Notes under the pieces: model-generated
What the model saw: only the letters and a program-made list of their open reading frames with translations
Database searches by the model: none
Told to the model about the DNA's origin: nothing
Position numbers and translations under genes: made by a program
Part shown: in pieces, positions 1 to 11,447 of the stretch
How the letters are laid out: each line of letters opens with the position of its first letter
How positions within the stretch are numbered: the first letter of the stretch is position 1
Assembly (NCBI GenBank): GCA_023205875.1
Contig: CP060755.1
Span: forward strand, 930,001-994,000
Length of the DNA: 64,000 bases
Direction: 5' to 3'
Source: Chloropicon primus
Taxonomy: Eukaryota

Positions 1-1992
1 TTGATACTCGGCCCCCCAGATCTCCAATACAGACATCGTCTCGTCTCCGACCTTGATCTCTCTAATATCGATCTCCGCGCCCAGCGGGTAGATGATCTCC
101 TTGACGCAGTTGCAGTTTCCGCCAGCGCCTTGGTCGTGGATGCTCACGATGGGGTTCTTCTCTCCCATCTCGACACAGGCTTTCGCAACCCTGTACAGCT
201 TCTGGGCAAATTCACCGTCGCCCCTTTGGACGGCGTTGAAATCCAGCTCTGCTTTGTTGGAGCCACTTGGCAGACTCGAGGCCGCACCACCGCCCATTCC
301 GATTCTGTAGGCAGGGCCTCCGATCTTGACCACGAGCATTCCCACCTCAGGATCGCTCTTTTCGAGATGCTGGTGATTGATTTGCCCTATGCCCGCGCTG
401 AACATGATGGGCTTCAGCCACTCCCTCCTCTCGCCGTTAGGAAGCCTCTGCCCGAAGGTACGGGTATACCCCTGGATCAGCGGCTCTCCAAATTTGTTGC
501 CGTAGTCCGAGGCCCCGTTGCTGGCATCGATCAGAATCTGCAGCGGGGACGCCAGGCTCTCTGGATACGGCTGCTTGCCATCTTCCCACGGATGGAGGTC
601 GTTGTCCATGTGCAAGTTGCCCACGCAGTACCCGGCCGTTCCAGCGGTCAACAGAGACCCGATGCCTGTGGCGTGCGTGTCCCTCATCCTGCCGCCGGCA
701 CCCGTCTCAGCCCCGGGGTAGGGGGCCACGGCACAGGGGAAGTTGTGCGTCTCCGCAGTGAAGAGAATGTCGTAATCCTTCTCCTGCACCTCCAGCGGGC
801 TGGGCTCTCCCGGGTTGCTGGGCTCAAGCCTGTTGACCTTGAAGCCCTTGATGGCACTCGAGTTGTCCTTGAAAGCGATCACGCTGTTGCCGGGGTTTTC
901 CTTCAGGGTGTCCTCGACGATGTCGAAAAGGCACTCGTCCTTTTTTTTTTCGTCGACGGTCAGATCCCCCTTGAAGAACCAGTGCCTGCTATGCTCGCTG
1001 TTGGACTGGCCCAAGTCGAAGAGCTCGACGTTCGTGGGGTTCCTCCCGACCTCGTTGCAGAACAAGTTCATGTAGTAGTCGATGTCCCAGTCGTCAAAGG
1101 CCAAGCCCATCTCCTCGTTGATGTCCTCCAAGGCCTTCCTCCCCTCCTCGATCACAGGGATGGAGAGCACGGGGGCGGGGACCACGTCGCTCTCGAAGCT
1201 CTCCAGGGGCCTCTCGTAGACCTGCTCGGTCATCCTGTCGTGGACGAGCTCCGCGAACTTCTCCCTCTCCTCCGCGGTCAGGCCGGAGGCCCTTCTGTCG
1301 GAGAAGGTGAGCCTGAACCTGCTGGACCTCTCCGTCCTGCCAATGTTCTCCTCCAAGCCGCAGGACTTGAAAATGGACACGGCGTTCGAGCACCACGCCG
1401 TGCTGAAGCTCATGCGAGGCCCGACCTCCACAACGCTCCCCCCGTCGGCGCCGAAGGCGCTCTGGTGGGTCAGCCTGTCCAGCTCAAACGTCTCGCCCAG
1501 CAGCCACAGCACCGTCTCGCTCGCGCCGCGATCCAGGGCCTTCCTCACCTCCAGGTTGAAGCAGGCCTCGGCCTCGATCGACTCGATCGACGGGGAGACC
1601 TCCGCACGCGCCTTGGCGAGGAGCGTCTTGAGCGCCTCCCCCGACAGCAGCGGAGTTCGATACAGCTGGAACACCCTGCCAGCTGGAGCCGAGATCAGAG
1701 CGTCCAAAGTGGCCGGCGCGACGCCCGACCTGCCCTCCGTGCCGAACGACACCGCCCGGGTGGCGACCTCGCGGGGATCGGGAGGACCGGAGGGCCGAGG
1801 GCCCCCTTGACCGCCGCCGTTCACGACAACACTCCTGCTGCTCAACGACGACGACGATGATCTGGCCTCATGGACCCCGTGGGGGTGATTCGACTTCCTC
1901 GCGATGCGCCTCAAAGCCACGCGGCGGGACGACAGGGAAGACAAGCTGCCCTCCCGTCTCAAACCGACCCTTGCTCCTCTTCTCGCCACCAT
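1..1992 (-). CDS. PUR4: Phosphoribosylformylglycinamidine (FGAM) synthase with N-terminal transit-like peptide; 3' end runs off the window
   Basis: Manual minus-strand translation from ATG 1992 (not in the ORF track because no stop lies in the window). It gives an R/S-rich leader, then GRNPTNVELFDLGQSNSEHSRHWFFKG and ETHNFPCAVAPYPGAETGAGGRMRD, which are PurL signatures. Confidence 0.95.
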   Translation of the reverse strand, partial: MVARRGARVGLRREGSLSSLSSRRVALRRIARKSNHPHGVHEARSSSSSLSSRSVVVNGGGQGGPRPSGPPDPREVATRAVSFGTEGRSGVAPATLDALISAPAGRVFQLYRTPLLSGEALKTLLAKARAEVSPSIESIEAEACFNLEVRKALDRGASETVLWLLGETFELDRLTHQSAFGADGGSVVEVGPRMSFSTAWCSNAVSIFKSCGLEENIGRTERSSRFRLTFSDRRASGLTAEEREKFAELVHDRMTEQVYERPLESFESDVVPAPVLSIPVIEEGRKALEDINEEMGLAFDDWDIDYYMNLFCNEVGRNPTNVELFDLGQSNSEHSRHWFFKGDLTVDEKKKDECLFDIVEDTLKENPGNSVIAFKDNSSAIKGFKVNRLEPSNPGEPSPLEVQEKDYDILFTAETHNFPCAVAPYPGAETGAGGRMRDTHATGIGSLLTAGTAGYCVGNLHMDNDLHPWEDGKQPYPESLASPLQILIDASNGASDYGNKFGEPLIQGYTRTFGQRLPNGERREWLKPIMFSAGIGQINHQHLEKSDPEVGMLVVKIGGPAYRIGMGGGAASSLPSGSNKAELDFNAVQRGDGEFAQKLYRVAKACVEMGEKNPIVSIHDQGAGGNCNCVKEIIYPLGAEIDIREIKVGDETMSVLEIWGAEYQ

Positions 1993-2449
1993 CTCTTGTT
2001 AAAGAGCTCTCGAACTCGACCTCCCTCCAACGCCGTTGTTGTTAGCCGACCACGTGCTGGGAGAATCCACGTTTTGTCCACCTCAGCCCAAACCGGATTT
2101 CCGTTTTGGGCCTTGGATGAAAGTGCCAGGTTTTGGGCTGGACATCATCATCATCAATGACTGGTGGAGGACCCGTGCGGGGGCGGGCGCACCCCATCAC
2201 ACGCAACACACTTTGCCAGGATTCTTCTTCTTCTTCCTCCTCTTCCCCGGGTTTTGGCAACATGAACAACAACAACAACAAAAAGTCTGTTCTTTATACA
2301 ATTCATTTTTATTTAGACCGGGACCGAGACCGAGACCGATCGATCAGCCCAGCATGTATGTGTTGTGTGTGTGTGCGCGCGCGGAAGCGTCTCTGATTTC
2401 CGTGATTTCCGTGGTTTCCGTGCTTCCCCTCCTCTCCTCCCTCGTCAAA

Positions 2450-5400
2450 TCAGGCGTCCAGCTTGGTGAACATCCTCGGCGCGATGGCCATGGACATGAG
2501 CTCCTGGAAGAGGAGCTTGCACGCGTAAGGGATGTGGACCTGGGAAATGTCGGTGGTGTTCCCGCAGCCCCTGCACTCGAACCTGTTCTTGATCAGGTTG
2601 GCGACCGCGATGAGGCCGCACTTGTCGCAGACGTGCACCCTGTAGGCGTCCGACTGGTCGAAGAGCCTCTCCTTGAGGAAGTGGGTGGAGCCGTGGGCGA
2701 TCATGCAGTCCCTCTCCATCTCCCCGAACCTCAGTCCTCCCTCCCTCGACCTACCCTCCTGCGGCTGCCTGGTCAGCAGCTGCACCAGGCCCCTGGACCT
2801 GGAGTGGATCTTGTCGTCCACCATATGCTTCAGCCTCTGGTAGTACGTGGGCCCGAAGAAGATCATGCTGTCGAGCTTCCTGCCGGTGTGCCCGTTGTAC
2901 ATCACCTCGCTGCCCCTCATCTGGTAGCCGCACTGGTGGAGCTTGGTGCTGATCTCCTCGACCGTGACGTCCGTGAATGGCGTGGCGTCTCCCTCCTTTC
3001 CAAAGCAGGCGCAGAACTTGCCCATGAGGCACTCGATCAAGTGCCCGATAGTCATACGCGACGGGATAGCGTGGGGGTTCACGATGATGTCCGGAGTGAT
3101 TCCCTCCACTGTGAAGGGCATGTCCTCCTGGGAGTAAGTCATTCCCACCGTACCCTTCTGACCGTGGCGGGACCTGCACCGAAACAAGACAAAGAGGATC
3201 AGAGCCCAAAAACATGGCAGTCAGTATCAATGCAACAGAAGAGAAACACACACACGCACACACACGCAGAGAGAGAGGGAGGGGGGAGAGCAGGAGGGGG
3301 GGAGGAGGACGCCCTCCTTGCAATGCAACTTACGCAAATTTGTCGCCGATCTGAGGCACCCTGATCGAGCGGACCCTCATCTTGACGAACTTCCAGCCCT
3401 TGTCATTCGTGGTGACAAGGACCGAGTCTATCAGGCCGCTCTCGCTGCTTCGGAGCGCCGTGCTGCAGTCCTTCAAGGTGAACCTGGACCCGCCCTCCAT
3501 GGGCAGCGGGACCGTCTTGCCGATCACCACGTCCTCCCCGGAGACTCTCGTGCCCGGCGCGACCAAGCCATCCTCGTCCAGCTTGTTGTAGTCGCCGTGC
3601 TTCAAGCCCAGAGTGACCTCGGGCTCGGGCTTCTGGATCACCTCGTTCACCAGGGAGCCCTGCTTCTTCTCCTCGTCCCTGTAGGAGCGGTAGAATATCG
3701 AGCGGAAGAAACCGCGGTCGATGGATGACTGGCCCATGATGAGGGAATCCTCTTGGTTGAAGCCCGAGTAGCACGCGATGGCGACGATGGCGTTCTGGCC
3801 AGCAGGGAGCTCCCTGAAATGCAAGTGCTCCATCGCCCTCGTCGTCACAATCGGCTTTTGTGGGTAGTAAAGCAAGTAGGCCAACGTGTCCATGCGCTGC
3901 AAGAAGTTTGTGGCGTACATGCCCATCGCCTGCTTGCCCATAGCGCTCTGGTACGTGTTTCTTGGACTCTGGTTGTGGTCAGGGAATGGAATAATCGAAG
4001 CGCAGATACCCAAAATCATGGAAGGGTGGATCTCGCAATGCGTGTAAGTCTCGGAATACGCTCCAAGCTCACTGTTCCTAGCTTGCTCGAGGTCGGTGAT
4101 GCTCATGGCAATCATAGTGGTCTCCTCCTCCTCGCAGTCTATGTACTCGATGAACCCGTCTTGCAAGATGTTCTGCCAGCCGTAACCCGTGTCATCCTTC
4201 CTCGAGAGCGCGTAGATGGCGTCCTTCATGATGTGCAGGCTCTGGTCCTGCACGATGTACAACGGCCTGCAGCACCGCCCGAAATCAGTCACGAGGCGGA
4301 CTTCCTTGAGCTGGATGTCGTAGATTATGCCAACCTCGCTGTTGATCTCCCCGTACCTCCTCAATTCCCGCATGGTGTCCACAAAGGACAAGGGGGTCGG
4401 GTGCACGCCCACCCAGCTGCCGTTCAGGAACACTTTGGTACAATCGTGAATCTTCCCTGGCGAGACCTCCTCGAGGCTCTCCATGTTCCACTCGTTGAGG
4501 AAGTGCAAGATGCTGTCTATCTCGCCGTGCGCGGGACCCGTGGACACGTACGTCATCAGCGCCAAGTTCTTGACCAGGCCGCAGGCTTGACCCTCAGGGG
4601 TTTCCGCGGGGCAGATCATGCCCCAGTGACTGTTGTGCAGCTGGCGCGGCTTGGCCAGCTTCCCCTCTCGCCCAATTGGGGAGTTCATCCTGCGAAGGTG
4701 GGACAACGTCGACGCAAATGTGAGGCGGTTAAGGACCTGAGACACCCCAGTCCTCATGCCCTGCGTCCCTTGCATCCCCCAGTTTCCCGTTGCAAGGGAG
4801 TACCTCATCCCATTTGTGATGGTGGCCGGTTTGAGCATGGCCAAGATGTTATACTCCTTTCCATCGTCCACCCTCTTCTGAACGTACTTTCTCATGTCCC
4901 TCATCTGCTTGCGGAAGATCAAGCGGAACAGGCCCGACATGAGAGGCCCGGCCAAATCCAGCCTCTTGTTCCCGTAATGGTCACGGTCGTCCTCCTTCCT
5001 GCGCCCCAGGGCGACCATGAGGAGGCGGTGAATCATGTACCCCAGGAAGTACGCCTTCTTCGTCTTGGTCTCCTCCTCGCCGATACCGATGTGAGGGAGC
5101 ATCTCCTTGTACAGGATGTCCTTAGCGTACTTGATACGGTTCTCCCTGGACACGCCCACGGCGAGGTCGCCACGCTTTCCTATGTAATCCAGAGCCACGT
5201 CCTGGCTCTCGATCGGAGCTCCCTCCTCCAAGGAAGCCTTGAGGAGGTCGAGCATCTCGGTGTCCTCGAAGTCGTACACGATGTGCTGAAGGATCTCCTT
5301 GTCCGCAATGTAGCCCATTGCCTTGAACACCACCAGGATCGGAATCTCCTTCCTGATATACGGGAGCTGAAAGCTCAACCTCTGGGAGGCGTTCTGGTTC

Positions 5401-6290
5401 TCGCCCTTGGAGAGCATCCTGACGGTGAGGGAGCTGGGCGTCCTGCTGCTGTTGTCCACCACCGACCGGATCTCCGCGGTGTGAGAGTACTTTGACGGCT
5501 GCTTCTTCTCGAAGACGTACACGTGGTTGTTCGCCATCCTCTCCTGAGCGATGAGAACCTTCTCTGTCCCGTTGATGATGAAGTAGCCCCCCTGGTCGTA
5601 AGGACACTCGCCGAGCATGGTCAGATCCTCGTCCGACTGGTCGTACAGCCTGCACACGTTCGACTTGAGCATCACAGGGATGTCGCCCATGTAGTGCTTC
5701 TCGTGGGTCTCCTCCGCCACAACCTCGCCGTCCTTGTCCACCTTCATGACCTTTATGTCGACGTGAAGCTGGGTCGCGTACGTCAGGTTCCGCAGCCTGG
5801 CCTCCCGCGGGAACAGAGGCTGCGGCTGTTGGACCACGGAGTCCTCGCCCTCCCCCGAGGACTTCTCCGTCACGACCGGGCTCGTGATGTAAATCGTCTC
5901 GAACTGGATCTTGTGCGTCAGCTCCTCCGCGTCCTCCTCGCCCGGGCGGAACTGCTGCACGGGCGTAACCTCCATCTGGCCCAACTCCCTCACCGTGTTG
6001 TCCAATATCGTGTTCATGAAGTTCTCAAAACTGTCGAGCTGCTGCTTCACCAAACCATTCTGCTGGAAGTACGACGAGATCACCTCGAAGCAGTCCTCCT
6101 GGTTGATCGGAACGTCCCGGAGAGCCACGAGCTTTTCCTTGTCGTCCTCCTTGAAGCTGTCGAAGTTCGGAAAAAAGGCCCTCTTCTTCTCTCCCCCCGC
6201 CTCGTCCTCGTCCATCGGATCCACCTTCACTTTCACGCCCTCCACCTCACCCATCTTGGCCGCTTGGGCGTACTCCACGTCCATGCTCAT
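2450..6290 (-). CDS. RPB2: RNA polymerase II second-largest subunit; exons 6290-3334 and 3173-2450, intron 3333-3174
   Basis: Motifs [32 protein letters not shown] and [12 protein letters not shown], plus a C-terminal zinc-binding CDKCG..CRGC. A GTAAG...TGCAG intron rebuilds GDKFA|SRHGQKG in frame. Confidence 0.97.
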
Positions 6291-6751
6291 GACGCCGGCC
6301 TCGTCCTCCGCCTCCACGCAGCCCTCGCTCTCCCTTGCTCTGCTCGCTCGCTCGCCGCCTCAAGACCCCCTCAAGACCCAACTCGTCCGCCGCGATCAGC
6401 CACCACCCAAGATGGGAAGAAACCCTGGATCTGGGAGGACATGCTTCTGAGAGGCCGCTTGGAGGGTGGAGGGTGGAGGGTGATGGTGGAGGAGGGAGAT
6501 GGTGGAGGAGGGATTGGCTCGTTGGCTCATTGGCTCTCTGTGTCGTTGTTGTTGTCTCAAATTGTTGTTGGCTTGGTGTGTGATGCATTGGAGATAAGGT
6601 GCTTGCAGAGAGGAGGAGAAACGTCTCAGGATACAACACAAACAGGAGGGAGGGAGAGGATCACACACTTGTGTGTACAATTGAGTGGTTTACAACGGAG
6701 AGTGGGGTCGTTCAAGGGCTTGGGCTCTTCCCCAAGCTCTTCCAGTCTAGT

Positions 6752-8191
6752 TTACATGCTGATGTCGATCTCCTCGTCGTTCAAGTCGTCTTGATCCCCC
6801 TCGATGTTGATTTCCTCCGGGTTGGCCTCGTCCTGGGAAGCCGCAGCCTGGAAGTTCAGGAACACGTTGGTGGGGACCATGAAATTGCCGGCGGGAGGGG
6901 GCTGACGCCCAGGGCCCCGCATGCCTTGCTGCTGCCTTCGATTGGCGTCGAGGGTGTAGGGCAGCTCCAGCAACTCCAGGAGGGACGCCGTTTGGGGGTT
7001 GACGTAGTGGACGTCGTTTCTGAAGTGGCGCGGAGCCGATTCGTACTCGGTCTGCGTGGGCGCGGTCCGCACAAAGGCGGTTGGAACGGAGAGGTCCCCC
7101 CCGCTAGCGGCGCTGAGCTTGATCGAGACCCAATCCACCTCCTCCCGGCTCGCCCCGGGGCAGGAGGCGGCATCCGTCGGACTCGCAACTTGCCTGCGCT
7201 CCATCGGCATCTCCGCCTGCAGCCGCCTGAGGATCGCCAGCCACTCCACGTCGTACTGGAAGGCCTTGGGCCCCTGGGCCTCGGGAAAATCGAGGATCTG
7301 CAGAAACTCCCTGTTCGGCATGCACTTGTCCAGGGCGAGGAACTTGGTGTACTCCTCCTGGTCCGCCCCGCCGCTCTCCCGGAGCTTCTGCTGCACTTCC
7401 TTGGTCATCCAGCCGCTGGGCATGCCGCCGTTGCCGCTGCTGACGGCCAGGGTGTCCTCCGAAACGCTTCTTCCGTGGCGGATGACCGCGGGAAACTTCA
7501 CGTGGTAGTGGGCGCTGAACCAGTAGCGAGGCTTGAGCCGGTTGCACAGCTTGGCCGCGGCCGGGCTCCCGAGCTCGTCCCTCGCGATCTCCTCCCTGAA
7601 GTACGGCTTGCACCTCAGCAGCCCCGCCTTGTTGCAGCAGCCGCAATTCGCGACCCCCCGAGGCCAGTCGTGGGAAAGGAAGACATCCAGCTTGTCCCTC
7701 AAGTGCAGCAGCTTCCTCACCTCGAACTCCCTGACGTGGTACACGCTCCTGAGGCTTCCCCTGTCGTAGGGCGGGAACTCGAAGTGACCGAGACGGTAGT
7801 TCCTGCCGTCGAAGATCCCGGAGAGGCCGCCTATCCTCAGCCCGCCGAAGCGAACCACCCCCGAGCACCCCATGTAATACATATTGGGCGCCACCCAGCC
7901 GCCATAGTACAGCTCCCACAGGTAGTTCGACGCCTCGTGGTTCCCCCCGATGAACAATGTGGGGTACGGGGCGACCTTCTCGCCCGAGTAATACTTGTGG
8001 AAGCTCCCGAGCTCCTTGTACTTGTCCGGCACGGCTATGCTGTCGAAGTCTCCCTGGTTTCGTATGGCCTGAAAATCACCGCAACTTATCACGAGGTCCA
8101 CGGTCGTGTTCTCCTGCTGCTCGATGTGGGCCACCGAGGCGTAGATCTCGTCCAGGTCTCCGTGGGAGCATCCCTGCACCGCGACGCGCAT
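6752..8191 (-). CDS. DBR1: RNA lariat debranching enzyme
   Basis: Metallophosphoesterase motifs GCSHG, CGDFQA, IGGNHEA, SHDWP, WFSAHYH and TKFLALDKC. Confidence 0.95.
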   Translation of the reverse strand: MRVAVQGCSHGDLDEIYASVAHIEQQENTTVDLVISCGDFQAIRNQGDFDSIAVPDKYKELGSFHKYYSGEKVAPYPTLFIGGNHEASNYLWELYYGGWVAPNMYYMGCSGVVRFGGLRIGGLSGIFDGRNYRLGHFEFPPYDRGSLRSVYHVREFEVRKLLHLRDKLDVFLSHDWPRGVANCGCCNKAGLLRCKPYFREEIARDELGSPAAAKLCNRLKPRYWFSAHYHVKFPAVIRHGRSVSEDTLAVSSGNGGMPSGWMTKEVQQKLRESGGADQEEYTKFLALDKCMPNREFLQILDFPEAQGPKAFQYDVEWLAILRRLQAEMPMERRQVASPTDAASCPGASREEVDWVSIKLSAASGGDLSVPTAFVRTAPTQTEYESAPRHFRNDVHYVNPQTASLLELLELPYTLDANRRQQQGMRGPGRQPPPAGNFMVPTNVFLNFQAAASQDEANPEEINIEGDQDDLNDEEIDISM

Positions 8192-8304
8192 CGAGTCGAG
8201 ACGAGGCCTTTCGTCGTAATTTTCGTTTACACGAACCGCGACGACGAGCACCGACGACGAGCTCTGGCTCCCTCTTCTCTCGAAAATATTTTATTAAAAA
8301 ATGA

Positions 8305-9831
8305 TTATGAATCTTGTGGTGGCGTTACTTCCCCTGGAAGGGGAAGGACCTTATAGGGGTTGAGGATGCCCTTGGGATCGAGGGTTTTCTTCACCAGCCG
8401 CATGAGGGAGACGGCAGAGTCCCCCTTGGTGTAACCAATGCAGTCTGCCTTCATCTGGCCCAGCCCGTGCTCCGCGCTGACGCTGCCCCCCAACTCGGCC
8501 GTCCTCTCGTACACGAAGGGCTCGATCAGGGAAGTGAGCTCCTCCGAGTACGCGTCCGCCACCACGTTCAGGTGCAAGTTCCCGTCCCCGAGGTGGCCGT
8601 AGCCAACCGTGTAAGCCCGGTCTCCCACCCTGGCCCTCATGTCCTCCACGAGGCCGTACATGGTGGACTGAGGGATGCTCAAGTCGTACTTGTACATGGC
8701 TTTGTGCGTGTTGAGGGCCTCCGGGACGCCCTCCCTGATGCGCCAAAAGGCCTTGAGCTGGGTGCCGTCCTGCGCGACCGCCCCGTCTGAAATCGCGCCG
8801 CTCTCCAGCGCGGCCTCCAGAAAAGCGTGGAGCTTCTCGTTGTCGTGGTCCTCGTTGCTGCCGCTGGTCTCGAGCAAGACATAAAACCGCTCGGGGGAGC
8901 CTGGCAGCGGGCTCTTGACGTCCTCGTAAGTCCCCACGGCCAGGTCCAAGGACTCCTTGTCCAAGAACTCGAACGCGGACAGGATCTCCCCCAGGTCCGC
9001 CTTGGCCTTCCTGAACGTCTCCAGGACCTTGGAGAAAGTCGCGCAGGCCAAGAAGGTGGCGTTCTTCGCCTTTGGCCGCGGGGGGCAGTGGATGGCCGCC
9101 GCCGTGACCAGGCCCAAGGTCCCCTCGGCCCCGATGAAGAGCTGCTTGAGGTCATACCCCGTCGTGTCCTTCCGCAGGGACTGAAGCACGTCCAGGACCT
9201 CGCCGTTCGCCAGCACGACCTCCAGGCCCAGGACGGAGCCGTGCAGCGACCCGTACCTCAGGTAACGGATCCCCCCGGCGTTCGTCGATATGTTCCCGCC
9301 AATGTGACAGCTTCCCTTCGCCCCCAGGTCCAGGGGCATCATGAGGCCCTCCTTGGCGACGCGATCGTCGAGGTGCTGGAGAATGCAGCCCGCCTGGCAG
9401 ACCAGCACCCCGCTCAGAGGGTCGATGGACTTCACCTCGTTCAACCTGGCCATGCTCACTATAATCTCGTCGAAGACCGGAACGCTGCCCCCCACGAGGC
9501 CCGTGTTCCCGCCCTGAGGCACCACCGCCAAGTTCCTCTCGTTGCAGTGTTTTAGGATGCGAGACACCTCCTCCGTGGTCTTCGGCCGCACCGCCAGGGA
9601 CCCCTCCCCCTTGTACTTTCCCATCCAGTCGGTGTTGAAAGCCTCGAGGTCGTCCTGATGGGAAAGGACGTGGTCGCGGCCCACGACGGACTCGAAGAAA
9701 CGGACGTCGTTTTCAGCGACCACCCCGAAACTTCCCCTCTCCACCGACGTCCCGAACAACCGACGAGCAGAGGACGCCTTCGCGTGGCTCCTCCTCCCAC
9801 ACAACAACAACAACAACCGTGATGTATTCAT
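8305..9831 (-). CDS. D2HGDH: D-2-hydroxyglutarate dehydrogenase, mitochondrial (FAD-linked oxidase)
   Basis: PQGGNTGLVGGSVP, DLGAKGSCHIGGN, GYDLKQLFIGAEG, GHLGDGNLH, SAEHGLG and DPKGILNPYK; Arg-rich presequence. Confidence 0.93.
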   Translation of the reverse strand: MNTSRLLLLLCGRRSHAKASSARRLFGTSVERGSFGVVAENDVRFFESVVGRDHVLSHQDDLEAFNTDWMGKYKGEGSLAVRPKTTEEVSRILKHCNERNLAVVPQGGNTGLVGGSVPVFDEIIVSMARLNEVKSIDPLSGVLVCQAGCILQHLDDRVAKEGLMMPLDLGAKGSCHIGGNISTNAGGIRYLRYGSLHGSVLGLEVVLANGEVLDVLQSLRKDTTGYDLKQLFIGAEGTLGLVTAAAIHCPPRPKAKNATFLACATFSKVLETFRKAKADLGEILSAFEFLDKESLDLAVGTYEDVKSPLPGSPERFYVLLETSGSNEDHDNEKLHAFLEAALESGAISDGAVAQDGTQLKAFWRIREGVPEALNTHKAMYKYDLSIPQSTMYGLVEDMRARVGDRAYTVGYGHLGDGNLHLNVVADAYSEELTSLIEPFVYERTAELGGSVSAEHGLGQMKADCIGYTKGDSAVSLMRLVKKTLDPKGILNPYKVLPLPGEVTPPQDS

Positions 9832-9849
9832 CTCTCACGCACACCACCA

Positions 9850-9950
9850 GACAGAGACAGAGACAGAGACAGAGACAGAGACACACCCCTTCCTCTCCCT
9901 CTCCTCTCCTCGAGCGATCGCGATCGATCCCGATCCTTTTGACAGCTGAG

Positions 9951-9986
<36 letters not shown>

Positions 9987-10015
9987 GAGGAGGAGGACGA
10001 GAAGGAGGACGAGGG
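9850..10015. repeat. Simple repeats (ACAGAG)n and (GAG/GAC)n between the divergent D2HGDH and oxidoreductase genes
   Basis: Directly visible. Confidence 0.85.
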
Positions 10016-10022
10016 GAGGGAG

Positions 10023-11198
10023 ATGGGGGAGGAGGGCGTCGTTGTGAGGGTAGCGCTGGTTGGGGCGGGAAATTTCGCGGAGAACACGTACGTCCCGCTC
10101 TTGACGTCTCCGGAACTGAGGAGGTCTGTGTCCATCTCTGCCGTGTGGTCTCGCTCCCAAGCCAAGGTGGACAAGCTCTGCGAGGGCCTCACGGGAGGAG
10201 GAGCGGTGAAAAAGTATCACGCTGAAGATGGACTCGAGGCCGTGCTCAGGTCCAACGATGTGGACGCCGTGATCGTCCTCCTGCCTCCCAAGGCCGGGCT
10301 CGAGGTGACTGCAAAGGCCCTGAGGCTCGGGAAGCATGTCCTGCAAGAGAAGCCCGTCGGGACAAGCCGGCGGGATGTGCAATCCATCCTCGAGGAGTAT
10401 GGGAAAATGGGAGAGTTTCGACCCCTGTGGGGTGTCGCGGAGAACTACCGGTACGAGGAGGCCTACGCCGAGGCTAGGAACCTGATCGAGGGAGACCTCG
10501 GCCCCTTGATCTCCCTGACCCTGAACGCCTCCTTGGCCTTGAATGAGTCGAGCTGCTACTGGCACACACCCTGGAGGCACAGCACCGAGGAGCTGCCGGC
10601 CGTTGACGGCGTTGGGATCGGTTACTTGTTTGAAGGCCCGGTGCATTTCATGGCGGCGATCCGGAAGCTCGTTGGCTGCACGAGAGGAGGGGCCATTCAC
10701 GCCAGCGCGACCCTGATGGCCAAGAACCAGGCATTGAGCCCGCAGCAGCTCGATACGCTGGTTGGCTTCCTGAGGTTCGAAGGCGATGAGTCCACCCCGT
10801 GCGTCCCTTGCTCCATCAGCATCACCTACGCGGCCTCCCGCCCCCTAGTCTTGTTTGTCGCCATTTGCGAAAGGGGGAACTTCACCATCGAGAGAGTTCC
10901 TGGAAAGTACAGAATCTCCGTGGTGAGGGCCGGCCAAACGACGACGACGGAGACCAGGGAGGTGCCGTTCAACGGGGTGGAGAGGGAGGTTCTCTCGTTC
11001 GTCCGGGGCGTCCAAAAGTTCAAGGCCGTGGCGGGAGAAGCCCCCGCGAACCTTCGAAGGAAAGTGGGGCTTGTCCCGGAAGAGTGCTTGGACTTGTCTC
11101 CCGTCGAAGCGCTCCTGGATATGGATTGTCTGCTGAGCCTCTTCGAGGCCGCACAAACGAACCAAGTCACACCTGTACCCCAGCATCCTTCTGATTGA
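10023..11198 (+). CDS. Gfo/Idh/MocA family NAD(P)-dependent oxidoreductase
   Basis: N-terminal Rossmann VALVGAGNFA, GKHVLQEKP motif and VAENYRY; divergent from D2HGDH across about 190 bp. Confidence 0.85.
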   Translation: MGEEGVVVRVALVGAGNFAENTYVPLLTSPELRRSVSISAVWSRSQAKVDKLCEGLTGGGAVKKYHAEDGLEAVLRSNDVDAVIVLLPPKAGLEVTAKALRLGKHVLQEKPVGTSRRDVQSILEEYGKMGEFRPLWGVAENYRYEEAYAEARNLIEGDLGPLISLTLNASLALNESSCYWHTPWRHSTEELPAVDGVGIGYLFEGPVHFMAAIRKLVGCTRGGAIHASATLMAKNQALSPQQLDTLVGFLRFEGDESTPCVPCSISITYAASRPLVLFVAICERGNFTIERVPGKYRISVVRAGQTTTTETREVPFNGVEREVLSFVRGVQKFKAVAGEAPANLRRKVGLVPEECLDLSPVEALLDMDCLLSLFEAAQTNQVTPVPQHPSD

Positions 11199-11447
11199 TT
11201 GGGTTGGTTTGGTGTCACAACTTCAAATCCTGAAACACTCGAGTCTAATCGATCACTCCGAGCACCAAATGGGTCAATCAAGGTATCATTCGAAAGCTCT
11301 TAAGAAGATCTTTCGCTTTGCTTGGTCTTCCTCTCACCCTGTCGTCCTCAAAGGTTCCATCAAAGCCTCTCCGTCTTCGTCTCTCCCTCTCTTCTCCCTC
11401 TCTTCTCTCTCTTCTCTCTCTCTCTTCTCTCTCTCCCGCCAAAAATC

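Noticed and set aside
941..949. A9 run (minus strand) inside FGAM synthase as a possible slippery site
   Set aside because: The reading frame is continuous through it (EKKR), and no alternative product is evident.
1..1860. Long antisense ORFs (e.g. 1-1860 +, 3753-5495 +, 22203-24371 -, 55370-58051 -, 59107-61686 -)
   Set aside because: They mirror real genes on the opposite strand; high GC3 suppresses antisense stop codons, and the translations show no motifs.
9819..10022. N-terminal RQRQ/poly-acidic extension of the oxidoreductase, and similar HTHT/CVCV extensions in other ORF-track entries
   Set aside because: These are translations of UTR microsatellites from non-ATG starts; the downstream ATGs fit the domain boundaries better.
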